From: Gemmatimonas phototrophica
GTDB lineage: Bacteria; Gemmatimonadota; Gemmatimonadetes; Gemmatimonadales; Gemmatimonadaceae
DNA: 43,014 bases
Reading direction: 5' to 3'
Assembly: GCA_945870175.1 (NCBI GenBank)
Contig: CAMBRJ010000001.1
Coordinates: 1-43,014 of the forward strand
In this document: positions 17,824-27,846 of the stretch, piece after piece
Layout: every line of letters begins with the position of its first letter
Position numbering within the stretch: position 1 is the stretch's first letter
Program-made: the position numbers and the translations under genes
The notes under the pieces: generated by a model
The model's database searches: none
Seen by the model: only the letters and a program-made list of their open reading frames with translations
What the model was told of the DNA's origin: nothing

Positions 17824-19191
17824 TTACACCGCACGAAGATTCATGTCGGCGTCGCGCGCGGCGCGCTCGCCTTCCTTTACGTTGACCTTCGATAGAATGG
17901 CGCCGCCGAGTACGAAGAACGCAATCACCCAAAGAATCGCGCCGCGGCTGCTACCGGTTTGCCCGATCGCGATGGCGAACACCAGCGGTCCGAAAATGCC
18001 GCCGAACTTCTCAAACACAGAGTAAAAGCCGAAGAACTCGCCGCTCTTGTGCTTCGGCACCATGCTCGCGAAGAGTGAGCGACTAAGGGCCTGCGTGCCG
18101 CCCTGCACGAGCCCGACGAGCACGGCGAGGATGTAGAACTCGCGCTCGCTGTGAATTCCGTAGGCATAGATGCAAATGCCCGTATAGACCACGAGTCCGA
18201 GGAAGATGGAGCGTTTCGCCCCAAGCTTGCCGGCCAGTGTGCCGAACGCGAACGCGAACGGAATACCGACGAATTGCACGAGGAGGATCGCCTTGATCAA
18301 GGCGGGTCGCGCGATGCCGATCTCGGTGCCAAAGGCGGTCGCCATCTTGATGATGGTCTGAATGCCGTCGTTGTAGATCGTGAACGCGAGCATCGCCAGA
18401 AACGCCTGCTTGTAGTGGCGCATCTCGCGCAGGGTTTCACCAAGGCGCGAGAATGCGACCGTGAACGGGTTGGCGGTCGATCCTTCATCAGACTCGACCG
18501 TCCGCGGCGGTTCCGGGACGGTGCGCAGCACGGGGATCGAGAAGAGCAGCCACCACACACCGACCGACACGAACGCGAGTCGCACGGGCAACGTGGCTTG
18601 ATCGGCCGTGATGCCGTCGCCGCTTGGCAATCCCAGCAGCCCAGGGTTGCTGATCCACGCCAGATTGATGGCCAGCAGCAGTCCGCCGCCGATATACCCG
18701 ATGGCATAGGCGGCGGTGGAGACCCGATCGATCTCCTCGTCGGTGGCGATGTGCGGCAGCAGCGCTTCATAGAACGTCATGCTGCCGGTCGCGCCCGCGA
18801 TCGAGAGGATGAACAGGGCGGAGGCGAACAACAGTTCTCCGCGGTCGATGAAGAACATGCCGGCGGTGGCCACCACACCGATGAGCATGAAGGCGAACAG
18901 GAAGCGTTTCTTGGCCGCTTTGAAGTCGGCGACCGCCCCCAGAATCGGTGCCAGCAGCGCGATCACGATGGCCGCGACGGTGTTGGCGTAGCCCAGCGAC
19001 TGGGTGGCAGCTTCAGGGGTACGATCGGCACCCGCCACTTGAATGAAGTAGATCGGGAACACGGCGGTCGTGATCACGGTCTGCATGGAGGACACGGCCC
19101 AGTCGTACATTGCCCAGGCACGTAACTCCGATCGATGCAGGCCGAGTGCGTTCAACAATCCCTGTCGGGATCCCGTGCGGGCATCAGCCAT
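17824..19191 (-). CDS. MFS transporter, UMF1/BtlA (Atg22-like) family
   Basis: AWAMYDWA, PILGAVAD, FYEALLP, GYIGGGLL, YNDGIQT, GGTQALSRSLF, EFFGFY; about 12 TM segments. Confidence 0.9.
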   Translation of the reverse strand: MADARTGSRQGLLNALGLHRSELRAWAMYDWAVSSMQTVITTAVFPIYFIQVAGADRTPEAATQSLGYANTVAAIVIALLAPILGAVADFKAAKKRFLFAFMLIGVVATAGMFFIDRGELLFASALFILSIAGATGSMTFYEALLPHIATDEEIDRVSTAAYAIGYIGGGLLLAINLAWISNPGLLGLPSGDGITADQATLPVRLAFVSVGVWWLLFSIPVLRTVPEPPRTVESDEGSTANPFTVAFSRLGETLREMRHYKQAFLAMLAFTIYNDGIQTIIKMATAFGTEIGIARPALIKAILLVQFVGIPFAFAFGTLAGKLGAKRSIFLGLVVYTGICIYAYGIHSEREFYILAVLVGLVQGGTQALSRSLFASMVPKHKSGEFFGFYSVFEKFGGIFGPLVFAIAIGQTGSSRGAILWVIAFFVLGGAILSKVNVKEGERAARDADMNLRAV

Positions 19192-19300
19192 GAGCGGTCT
19201 TGGTCAGGAGTCTCGAAATGTGCATCTCTCTGCGGCAGATTATAGTCCGTGCCTATCTCCACGCTGTCCAGTACGCCGCATGACGTATCTCCATCTTTCC

Positions 19301-20275
19301 ATGCGTAGCACCCTCCGCGATACTCTCCGCGATACCCTCCGTTGCGCTCGCGTCGTCGCCGCGGCGGCGGGGCTGCTCGCCGCCGCCTGCGACCGCCGCC
19401 CGTCGTCATCGCATCCTGATTCGGCGGCAGTCGCGAGTGGCCAAGGCCATGCGGACAGTGTGGCCACGACCGTCTTCAGCAGCGGGTGGGATTCCGGTGC
19501 GGGGCCGTTCGTCGTGCTCCCCACGGTGGACGGCGGCCTCATGGCGGGCTCGCTGCTGCGTCCCGACGCTAGCGAGCTGACCGTCGGTGACACGGCCGGC
19601 GTCGGTGCGGCGGCGGCCGATGGGCGACTCGAACTTTTCGCCCGAAGCGGCAAAGTCGGCGTGGCGCAACTGACCGTTGAGGGGGCGCCTCGCGTGGATG
19701 ACGGATGCACGGCCTGGCCGGTGGCGCGTCTCGCGGTGGACGCCGGTGTCACCGTGACGCCGTGGACGGTGGCCTTTGCCATGGGACGTGTCACGGTCAT
19801 CCCCCTCGATTCGATCGAAGGGCTCGTGTCGCGCGATTCCATTCGGCTGGCGACCGATCTCACGCGCCTCGCGTCGGGATTGGCCGACGATACCAGCAGC
19901 ACCTTCCGTGGACTGCCATTCGTCGTGTTGCGGGCGTGGCGCACACGCGGGCTCGATAGCGCGTTCATCGTGGCCACGCTGGCCCGCCGGGTGAATCAGG
20001 AAGACGATCCGAAGGAAGAACGCCTGGTCATCGTCGTCGATGCGATCGGCGAGAACGCGAAGGCGTGGACCGTTGCGTGGCACGAGCGCGCGGCCGGTCA
20101 TGAGGAGGAGCTGGTGGTCGCCGAGCCCCTGCTCGCCTTCCGGAATGTCGGCGCACCCGATGTCCGCCTGTTGTTCGGGCGTGATGATGGCGTAGCCCTT
20201 GGCGCCGCCGTGTTGTCGCGCGGAAAGACCGGGTGGCGGGTGCTCTGGGAAAGCGCGGTCGCGGGCTGCAACTGA
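19301..20275 (+). CDS. Hypothetical lipoprotein
   Basis: MRSTLRDTLRDTLRCARVVAAAAGLLAAAC signal/lipobox. The ORF-track start at 19070 overlaps the divergent MFS gene, so trimmed to ATG 19301. Confidence 0.7.
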   Translation: MRSTLRDTLRDTLRCARVVAAAAGLLAAACDRRPSSSHPDSAAVASGQGHADSVATTVFSSGWDSGAGPFVVLPTVDGGLMAGSLLRPDASELTVGDTAGVGAAAADGRLELFARSGKVGVAQLTVEGAPRVDDGCTAWPVARLAVDAGVTVTPWTVAFAMGRVTVIPLDSIEGLVSRDSIRLATDLTRLASGLADDTSSTFRGLPFVVLRAWRTRGLDSAFIVATLARRVNQEDDPKEERLVIVVDAIGENAKAWTVAWHERAAGHEEELVVAEPLLAFRNVGAPDVRLLFGRDDGVALGAAVLSRGKTGWRVLWESAVAGCN

Positions 20276-20409
20276 CGGAGAGGGCAGCGGCCGCCATGGC
20301 AGCCGCCGCCACGTCGACCTCGCTCGTGCGCGTCGGGGACCGCTGCGCACGGCGTGTGGAAAATGCAAGGCGTGGAATTCGGTTCGCCTGACGCGTAGAA
20401 TCCGCGCAC

Positions 20410-22758
20410 ATGACCGATACGATTGCTCCCGCCATCGTCGCGCGCGTTGCGACGGAACTCTCGCTGAATCCACAACAGGTTCAGCGCACCCTCGCCCTCT
20501 TCGCCGAGGGTGCCACCCTGCCGTTCGTCGCGCGCTACCGCAAGGAGATGACCGGCGGTCTCGACGAGGTGCAGTTGCGCGATGTGCGTGAGCGCGCCGA
20601 ATATCTGAACGAACTCGAAGATCGTCGCGCCGCGGTGCTGAAGAGCATTGACGAACAGGGCAAACTGAACGACGCGCTCAAGGCGTCGATTCTCTCGGTG
20701 GATACCAAGCAGGCCCTTGAAGATCTCTACCTGCCGTTCAAGCCCAAGCGTCGCACGCGCGCCATGATTGCGCGCGAACGCGGACTTGAACCGTTGGCGG
20801 AAGGACTGTGGAGTGGCGCGTTTGATGATGGCGCCGCACTGGCGGCGGCGGCGACGTATCTGCTGCCAGAAGTCGACGGCAAGCCGTCGGAAGTGCCCAC
20901 CGTGGAGGCCGCCCTGCAGGGCGCGCGCGACATTCTGTCGGAACAGGTGGCGGAAGACGCGCTCATTCGTGGGTGGGTGCGCGAGATCACCCGCGCCAAG
21001 GGCGTCGTCAAGAGCAGTGTGATGACCGGCAAGGCGAGCGACGAATCGAAGTTCAAGGATTACTTCGAGTATTCGGAGTCGCTGGGTACCATCCCCAGCC
21101 ACCGCATGCTGGCTATTCGTCGCGGCGAAACCGAAGGCGAGTTGATGTGGCGCGTGGAAGCGCCGCTCGAGGAGATCAACGCGCGGATGGCGCGCGAAGT
21201 GATCGGTGGTCGCACGGCGTCGCAGCAGCTCACACTGGTCGCCGCCGACGCGTACAAGCGGTTGCTGTCGCCGGCCATCGAAGTCGAGTTGCGCGTGGAG
21301 CTCAAGACGCGCGCCGACGATGAAGCGATCACGATCTTCGGACGGAATCTCGAGCAGCTGCTGTTGTCGTCACCGGCCGGCGAGAAGCGGGTGATCGGTC
21401 TCGACCCCGGCTTTCGCAGCGGCGTGAAGGTGGCCGTGGTCAGCGCCACCGGCGCCTTGGTGCATACTGATACGCTGTATCTGCATCAGGAAGACCGGTT
21501 CGCCGGGGCGATTCGACTGTTGCTGCAGCGCTTTACGCCGGAGCTCATCGCGATCGGCAACGGCACGGCCAGTCGTGAGACGGAGAATCTCACCAAGGCC
21601 GCCATGCGCGAGCTCGATCCGCCGGTCGGCGGCGAGCGTCCGCAGGTCGTGGTGGTGAATGAGGCCGGCGCATCCGTGTACTCCGCGTCGGATCTGGCCC
21701 GCGCCGAGTTCCCCGAACTCGACGTGTCGCTGCGCGGCGCGGTGTCGATTGCCCGTCGGTTGCAGGATCCGCTGGCCGAACTCGTCAAGATCGACCCCAA
21801 GAGCATTGGGGTCGGCCAGTACCAGCACGACGTCAATCAGTCGCGGCTCAAGCAGCGCTTGGACGATATCGTGGAAAGCTGCGTAAACCGTGTGGGCGTC
21901 GAAGTGAACACCGCGTCGGCGGCTTTGCTGGGCTACGTGGCCGGCATCGGCCCCGGACTCGCGCACGCGATTGTGACGCTGCGTGACCAGCGGGGGCGTC
22001 TCACCTCGCGGGCCGACCTCAAGGACGTCCCTCGTCTCGGCGCCAAGGCGTTTGAACAGGCGGCCGGCTTCCTGCGCGTGCGCGGTGGCGTGCATCCGCT
22101 CGATTCGAGCGCGGTACATCCCGAGCGATACGCCCTGGTGGAGCGGATGGCCAAGGACCTGAAAGCCGATGTGAGCTCGCTGGTGGGCAACGAGTCGCTC
22201 GTGGATTCGATCGAGCTCGTCAAGTACGTGAGTGACGACGTCGGGATGCCCACGCTGCGCGACATCGTGGCCGAGCTCAAGAAGCCGGGGCGCGACCCGC
22301 GTGCGGCCTTCGAGCCGCCCGCCTTTCGCGACGACATTCAGAAGCCGTCGGATCTGCTGCCCGGCATGGTGCTCGAGGGCGTGGTCACCAACATCGTGGC
22401 CTTCGGTGCCTTCGTGGACATTGGTGTGCACCAGGATGGTTTGGTGCACGTGAGCCAGCTTGCCGATCGCTACATCAAGGACCCAAATGATGCGGTGAAG
22501 GTCGGTCAGAAGGTGAAAGTCACGGTGCAGGCGATTGATCTGGCCCGTGGCCGCATTGCCCTGAGCATGCGCAGCGATGGCGGCAGTGGCGTCGGCAAGC
22601 CCCAGGGCGGTGGAGAGCGGGGCGAAGGGGGAACGCGACGTGACGTCACGGCCAACAACCGTGGCCCGGCTCGGCCGGCGCCCGGCAACTCGCCGGCCGC
22701 CAAGCTCTTCGTGCCAACCAAGGGCGCGGTGGCCCCCAACGGGATTCGCTTCAAGTAG
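20410..22758 (+). CDS. tex: Tex family RNA-binding transcription accessory protein
   Basis: EGATLPFVARYRKEMTGGLDE, LEDLYLPFKPKRRTRA, GLDPGFRSG, IGNGTASRET, NEAGASVYSAS, IGVGQYQHDV, C-terminal S1 domain. Confidence 0.96.
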   Translation: MTDTIAPAIVARVATELSLNPQQVQRTLALFAEGATLPFVARYRKEMTGGLDEVQLRDVRERAEYLNELEDRRAAVLKSIDEQGKLNDALKASILSVDTKQALEDLYLPFKPKRRTRAMIARERGLEPLAEGLWSGAFDDGAALAAAATYLLPEVDGKPSEVPTVEAALQGARDILSEQVAEDALIRGWVREITRAKGVVKSSVMTGKASDESKFKDYFEYSESLGTIPSHRMLAIRRGETEGELMWRVEAPLEEINARMAREVIGGRTASQQLTLVAADAYKRLLSPAIEVELRVELKTRADDEAITIFGRNLEQLLLSSPAGEKRVIGLDPGFRSGVKVAVVSATGALVHTDTLYLHQEDRFAGAIRLLLQRFTPELIAIGNGTASRETENLTKAAMRELDPPVGGERPQVVVVNEAGASVYSASDLARAEFPELDVSLRGAVSIARRLQDPLAELVKIDPKSIGVGQYQHDVNQSRLKQRLDDIVESCVNRVGVEVNTASAALLGYVAGIGPGLAHAIVTLRDQRGRLTSRADLKDVPRLGAKAFEQAAGFLRVRGGVHPLDSSAVHPERYALVERMAKDLKADVSSLVGNESLVDSIELVKYVSDDVGMPTLRDIVAELKKPGRDPRAAFEPPAFRDDIQKPSDLLPGMVLEGVVTNIVAFGAFVDIGVHQDGLVHVSQLADRYIKDPNDAVKVGQKVKVTVQAIDLARGRIALSMRSDGGSGVGKPQGGGERGEGGTRRDVTANNRGPARPAPGNSPAAKLFVPTKGAVAPNGIRFK

Positions 22759-22795
22759 CAGCCGTTGGAGAGGTCATGATTAGACTTCGCTGGTC

Positions 22796-25700
22796 ATGAT
22801 TCCTGTCTTGCTTGAGCAGTGCTTTCCGCCGGATGTTCGCGAACGCGGGGAAGCGTACATCGATCCCTTCGTGCTCACCCTCGAGCACGTGGATGCCGTG
22901 GCGGCCACCGCCGCGGTGCAGGGCACTCGCACGTATGGCGTGTTCCTGCGCCCGCGTCCAGGGCGCCTGCACCTCGGCTGCACCTGCCCGCATGGGCAGG
23001 AGCATGGCGCGTGCAAGCATCTGTGGGCACTGCTGCGGGTGCTCGACGCACAGGGCACACTGGCCCCCCTCCTCGAAACGGCCGCGTCGTCCAATGCGGA
23101 GCCGCAGGTCACGTTCGAGCGCCATGCCCTGGCGGTGATGAAGCCGCAGGCGCGCGCCATCGAGACGAAGTCCACCCCCGCGCCGGAGTGGCAGACGGCA
23201 TTGCGTGACACGAGCGGTCGCCAGCGGTCGGTGTTTACCGAAACGCGCGTCACCAACCGCGCTACGTCGCTCCCGGCTGATCGGCGCATCGTGTATCTCC
23301 TGCATCTCACCGAGAGCGCCCAGCATCGTGGCGTGCGCGTGGAGATCACGACGCAGCGCCGCGATCGCGACAGTGTGTGGGAAGAACCGAAGCACTTTCA
23401 GTACTCCATCGACGCGTGGTGTAACGCCCCGGATCCGGTCGATCGTCACATCGCCGAGATGCTGCTGGGCAGCTCGGACGCGCAGGGCATTGCCACTATG
23501 CCCACCGGCGGATTCATCGTGCGCCCGCGGGCGTACCACACCACGTTGCGCATGATCTGCGAGACGGGCCGCGCGCGTTTGCGCAGCAACCGTCCGTCGC
23601 TGGACTCGCGTATGATCGGGTGGGATGACGGCATCCCGTGGCAGGTCGCCATGCGTCTCGACCGACCCACGCCCGATCAGTACCAGCTGGTGGGTGAGTT
23701 GCTGCGCGAGGACATCGTGCGTCCGCTCAGTGATGCGAATTGGATACACGAGTCGGGACTCGTGCTGTTCGGCGCTACGCTCGCGCGCCTCGACAGTGAT
23801 CAGGTCTGGCCCTTGGTACAGAAGCTGTGGACTGCCGGGGAGTTCGAACTTGGTGATGATCCCTCGGCGTTTCTAGCCGAGTACCATGCGCTGCCCAACA
23901 TGCCGCGCTTATCGTTGCCGGCCGGCGAGATGCACATCGAGAGCGATGCGGCGCCACTCCCGGTGGTGCGCATCACGAGCGGCGCCGGCTCGTGGCGCGC
24001 GTCACCCTCGTGGCTCACGTTGCGCTTCCGCTACGGCTCGGAGTTCGTGGATGCCGCGTCGACCGCGTCGACCTGCTTCGATAAGAAGACGCGCACGTTG
24101 TATCGTCGTCGCGCGGCGGCCGAACGCAACGCGATGACGCGCCTGCGTGCCCTCGGCGCGCAGGAGATGTACTCGTACGCCGAGAGCCGCATGTCGCTCG
24201 TGGTTCAGCCGCATACGCTGCCGCGGCTGATTTCCAGCTTGGTGCGCGACGGCTGGCTGATCGAATCCGACGGGGCCACGTTCGTCGCGCCGAGTCCGTT
24301 GCAGGTGCGTGTGAGTTCAGGGATCGACTGGTTCGATCTCACCGGTACGCTGCGGTATGGCGATCACGAGCTCACGCTGTCGCAGTTGCTGACGGCCATG
24401 GATGAAGGGTCCGAGCTGATCGAGTTCGGCAACGGCGTGATCGGTTTTCTGCCGGAGGAATCACTCGACGAACTGCGCGCGTTGCTGGCCATCGGTGTGC
24501 GTCGTGGCGATGGCATCCGGTTCCGGTCGTCGCAGCTCGCGTTGCTCGATGTGCTGCTGGCCGCGTTGCCCGATGTCGATGTGGACGAAACGCTCGCCTC
24601 GGGTCGTGCGGAGCTGAAGAAGTTCCAGGGAATCAATGTGGTCCCCGTGCCGCGCGGCTTCGTGGGCACGCTGCGCGGCTATCAGGAAGAAGGGCTGTCG
24701 TGGTTTGGATTCTTGCGTCGCTTTGCGCTCGGTGGGTGTCTGGCCGACGATATGGGTCTGGGCAAGACCATTCAAGTGCTTGCGCTGCTTGAAGCGCGAC
24801 GCGAGGAAGGCGCCGCCATGTCGTTGTTGGTGGTGCCGCGTTCGCTCGTGTTCAACTGGGTGCGCGAAGCCGCCCGCTTCACGCCGGCGCTGAAGGTGCA
24901 CGACCTCAGTCACGCGGAACGGTCGGTCGAGGATCTCGACACGGTCGACGCCCATTTGGCGATCACGACCTATGGCACATTGCGTCGCGATATCGCGCGC
25001 CTTGGCTCGCGTCGGTTCGACTATGTGATTCTCGACGAAGCGCAGGCGATCAAGAATGCCGGCACCGCGACGGCGAAAGCGTGCCGCTTGCTGCAGGCCG
25101 ATCATCGCCTCGCGTTGAGCGGCACGCCGATCGAGAATCGCATCGAGGAACTCTGGAGTCTGTTTGAGTTCCTCAATCCGGGCATGTTGGGTGCGGCCAC
25201 GACGTTCAGCTCAGCCACGCGTGCGTTGGCGGCGTTGCGTCCCGGCATGCCGGCGGGCACGGGTGTGTCGGCGCAGGAGCTGCTGTCGCGCGCGCTGCGT
25301 CCGGTGGTGTTGCGGCGCACGAAGGCCATGGTGGCGAAGGAACTGCCGGCCCGAATCGAGCAGACGATCGAGGTCGAACTCGAGCCCAAGCAGCGCGCGT
25401 TCTACGAGCAGCTGCGGAGTCAGTACGCCACGAGCCTGCTCGATCGTGTGGAGCGCGACGGCCTCGGCAAGTCGCGCATGCACATTCTCGAGGCACTGCT
25501 GCGACTGCGTCAGGCGGCCTGTCATCCGGCCCTGGTCGATCCCACCAAGGCGTCGTTGCCATCGGCGAAACTCGACGCGGTCGTACCGGCGTTGCAGGAG
25601 ATCGCGGCCGAGGGCAACAAGGTGCTGGTGTTCTCGCAGTTCACGAGCTTCCTGTCCTTGCTGCGGGCGCGTCTCGACGCGCTCGGCGTACCGTACGAGT

Positions 25701-26068
25701 ATCTGGATGGGCGCACGCGCGATCGACAGGCGCGCGTGGACCGGTTCCAGTCGGCCGATGGTCCGCCGCTGTTTCTCATCAGCCTCAAGGCGGGCGGACA
25801 CGGGCTCAACCTGACGGCGGCCGAGTACGTGTACCTGCTCGATCCGTGGTGGAATCCGGCCGTGGAAGCACAGGCGATTGACCGGGCGCACCGGATCGGC
25901 CAAACGAGTCAGGTGATCGCGACGCGCGTCGTGGCGCGGGACACGATCGAGTCCAAGATCCTCGAGCTGCAGGCCAGCAAGCGGGCGCTGGCAGACGCCA
26001 TTCTCAGCGAGGACAAGGGCGGACTGGCGGGTGTTGGACGCGAGGAGCTGCAGCTGCTCCTCGGGTAA
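22796..26068 (+). CDS. SWIM zinc finger + SNF2-family helicase/ATPase
   Basis: SWIM CTC..CKH; LRGYQ, LADDMGLGKT, DEAQ, SGTPIEN, VFSQF, SLKAGGHGLNL, DPWWNP, QAIDRAHRIGQ. Confidence 0.95.
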   Translation: MIPVLLEQCFPPDVRERGEAYIDPFVLTLEHVDAVAATAAVQGTRTYGVFLRPRPGRLHLGCTCPHGQEHGACKHLWALLRVLDAQGTLAPLLETAASSNAEPQVTFERHALAVMKPQARAIETKSTPAPEWQTALRDTSGRQRSVFTETRVTNRATSLPADRRIVYLLHLTESAQHRGVRVEITTQRRDRDSVWEEPKHFQYSIDAWCNAPDPVDRHIAEMLLGSSDAQGIATMPTGGFIVRPRAYHTTLRMICETGRARLRSNRPSLDSRMIGWDDGIPWQVAMRLDRPTPDQYQLVGELLREDIVRPLSDANWIHESGLVLFGATLARLDSDQVWPLVQKLWTAGEFELGDDPSAFLAEYHALPNMPRLSLPAGEMHIESDAAPLPVVRITSGAGSWRASPSWLTLRFRYGSEFVDAASTASTCFDKKTRTLYRRRAAAERNAMTRLRALGAQEMYSYAESRMSLVVQPHTLPRLISSLVRDGWLIESDGATFVAPSPLQVRVSSGIDWFDLTGTLRYGDHELTLSQLLTAMDEGSELIEFGNGVIGFLPEESLDELRALLAIGVRRGDGIRFRSSQLALLDVLLAALPDVDVDETLASGRAELKKFQGINVVPVPRGFVGTLRGYQEEGLSWFGFLRRFALGGCLADDMGLGKTIQVLALLEARREEGAAMSLLVVPRSLVFNWVREAARFTPALKVHDLSHAERSVEDLDTVDAHLAITTYGTLRRDIARLGSRRFDYVILDEAQAIKNAGTATAKACRLLQADHRLALSGTPIENRIEELWSLFEFLNPGMLGAATTFSSATRALAALRPGMPAGTGVSAQELLSRALRPVVLRRTKAMVAKELPARIEQTIEVELEPKQRAFYEQLRSQYATSLLDRVERDGLGKSRMHILEALLRLRQAACHPALVDPTKASLPSAKLDAVVPALQEIAAEGNKVLVFSQFTSFLSLLRARLDALGVPYEYLDGRTRDRQARVDRFQSADGPPLFLISLKAGGHGLNLTAAEYVYLLDPWWNPAVEAQAIDRAHRIGQTSQVIATRVVARDTIESKILELQASKRALADAILSEDKGGLAGVGREELQLLLG

Positions 26069-26089
26069 CGGCGAAGTCTGGGTACGGAG

Positions 26090-26125
26090 AAGGGGGTATG
26101 GAGCACGTCTCCATACCCCCTTTTT
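26090..26125. terminator. Intrinsic terminator between convergent SNF2 and dipeptidase genes
   Basis: AAGGGGGTATGGAG-CACGT-CTCCATACCCCCTT followed by T residues. Confidence 0.85.
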
Positions 26126-26147
26126 CATACCGTCTACTGCATACGCC

Positions 26148-27458
26148 CTACTTGGCCGTTGCGGCCTTTTCGACGCGCTCCATCACCCGCAGCAAATTGC
26201 CACCCCAGATCTTCGCGATCTCGTTCTTCGAATATCCGCGGCGCACGAGTTCCGCCGTGACGTTCAATGATTCCGACGCGTTGCGCCAGCCGTCCACGCC
26301 GCCACCGCCGTCGAAATCGGAGCTGATGCCGACGTGGTCGATGCCGATCAGCTTCACTACGTAGTCGATATGATCGGCGAAGTCTTTTACGGTCGCTGGC
26401 GGATCCGACGGATACCGGCGCGCCGTGATGTCTTCCTGCTTTGCGAGATACGCGTTGCGCTTCTCATCAGCCAGCGCCTGGATCTGCGTCTGCTGTGCAC
26501 GACGATCGGTGGCTGAGATGCCGAACTCCGCGCGGAGATCGGTCATGGCGGCGGCGCGCGCCTGTTCGCGCGGTAGGTCGCGCGTGGGATCGCACTTCAC
26601 ATAGCTGTTGAACGCCACGAGCTGGATGACGCCGCCGTTCTTCTTGAGCGCCATAAGCTGCTCGTCGTCCATGTTGCGGCTGTGATTGCAGATCGCGCGC
26701 ACGCCCGAATGCGACGCCATGATCGGCGCCTTCGAGATGGCGAGCGTCTGCAGCATCGACTGCTTTGACGGGTGCGACACGTCGATCATCATGCCGAGGC
26801 GGTTCATCTCGACGATGACCTGCTTGCCGAGTGGGCTGAGGCCGTTGTGCAGCCACACGCCGTCGCGCTCGCCCGTGTTCGAATCGGAGAGCTGGCTGTG
26901 TCCGTTGTGCGCGAGTGACATGTACCGGCCACCGCGAGCGAAGAACTTCTGAACGTTCGTGAGGTCAGCGCCGATGGGGAAGCCGTTCTCGACACCGATA
27001 AAGATCACGCGCTTGCCGGCCGCGTGAATGCGACGTGCATCCGCGGCCGTGTACGCAATCTCGGCGCGTGCTGGCGCGAGCTGTTCGGTGAGACGGTGAA
27101 TCGCGTCGAACTTCTCGAGCGCCTGGGCGTTGGCGCTGGCGAACGCGGCGGCATCGAGCGTTGGAGATTGGCCCACATAGACCACCAGAAACGCTCCCCC
27201 CAGTCCGCCTTCTTCCATCTTGGCGAGATCGACCTGAGTACGCGGCAGCTTCTGCGTGTAGTTCGGTCCGGTGGCCGTGAAGTTGGCCGGCGCGATGTCC
27301 ACGTGCGTATCGATGGACAGCACGGCGGCGTGTACGGCCTTCGCGTTGGCCATCACGGCGGCTTCATCGGTGACCGGCTTACGTCCCTGTGCGCTCAGCA
27401 GGGCTGGCACGGCGACGAATCCAATGGCGGCATACCGCAGAGTGTTTGAGATCGGCAT
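26148..27458 (-). CDS. Membrane dipeptidase (peptidase M19), secreted
   Basis: DTHVD, GVENG, DVSH, ASHSG, HSRN, DHIDY..GIDHVGISSDFDGG, GGNLLRV; signal peptide from ATG 27458. Confidence 0.93.
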   Translation of the reverse strand: MPISNTLRYAAIGFVAVPALLSAQGRKPVTDEAAVMANAKAVHAAVLSIDTHVDIAPANFTATGPNYTQKLPRTQVDLAKMEEGGLGGAFLVVYVGQSPTLDAAAFASANAQALEKFDAIHRLTEQLAPARAEIAYTAADARRIHAAGKRVIFIGVENGFPIGADLTNVQKFFARGGRYMSLAHNGHSQLSDSNTGERDGVWLHNGLSPLGKQVIVEMNRLGMMIDVSHPSKQSMLQTLAISKAPIMASHSGVRAICNHSRNMDDEQLMALKKNGGVIQLVAFNSYVKCDPTRDLPREQARAAAMTDLRAEFGISATDRRAQQTQIQALADEKRNAYLAKQEDITARRYPSDPPATVKDFADHIDYVVKLIGIDHVGISSDFDGGGGVDGWRNASESLNVTAELVRRGYSKNEIAKIWGGNLLRVMERVEKAATAK

Positions 27459-27595
27459 ATGGCGGAGTATCGGAGGGGACTTCGGGGTAGAGCGAGGAGC
27501 GCTGCTACTAGAGTCTACGCCTATCCGGGCAGACCCGCTGGTGCGGGTGCTCGACATTCTCGATGATCTCGCGGAGAGCTATCGGTTTTAGGACT

Positions 27596-27766
27596 CAGCG
27601 AACAGCGAACAGCGAACTGCAACAGCCAGAACACGGAGATCACGGATAGACGGAAAAAGCACTGATAAGATAAAAAGCGCCGTTCATCTTATCAGTGTTT
27701 TTTCAGTGGGATCCTTTGTCATCCGTGTTCTAGCTGTTGCAGTTGTAGTTGCAGTTGTAGTTGCTG
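27596..27766. repeat. About 130-bp imperfect palindrome flanked by microsatellite-like repeats
   Basis: Outer arms 27615-27637/27722-27744 and inner arms 27653-27671/27686-27704; (CAGCGAA)3 on the left, GTTGYA-type 6-mers on the right. Confidence 0.9.
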
Positions 27767-27846
27767 ATTGCGACGACCACGCGGCGGTTCTTTTGGTTGT
27801 CATGCGCATCCCCTCGTCGAATGTGCGCCGGAGGGACAGGCACACT

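Noticed and set aside
22796-26068. SNF2 gene as part of an anti-phage system (DISARM, Zorya or BREX type)
   Set aside because: No methylase, nuclease or other partner genes nearby, composition matches the host, and SWIM-SNF2 is a common stand-alone architecture.
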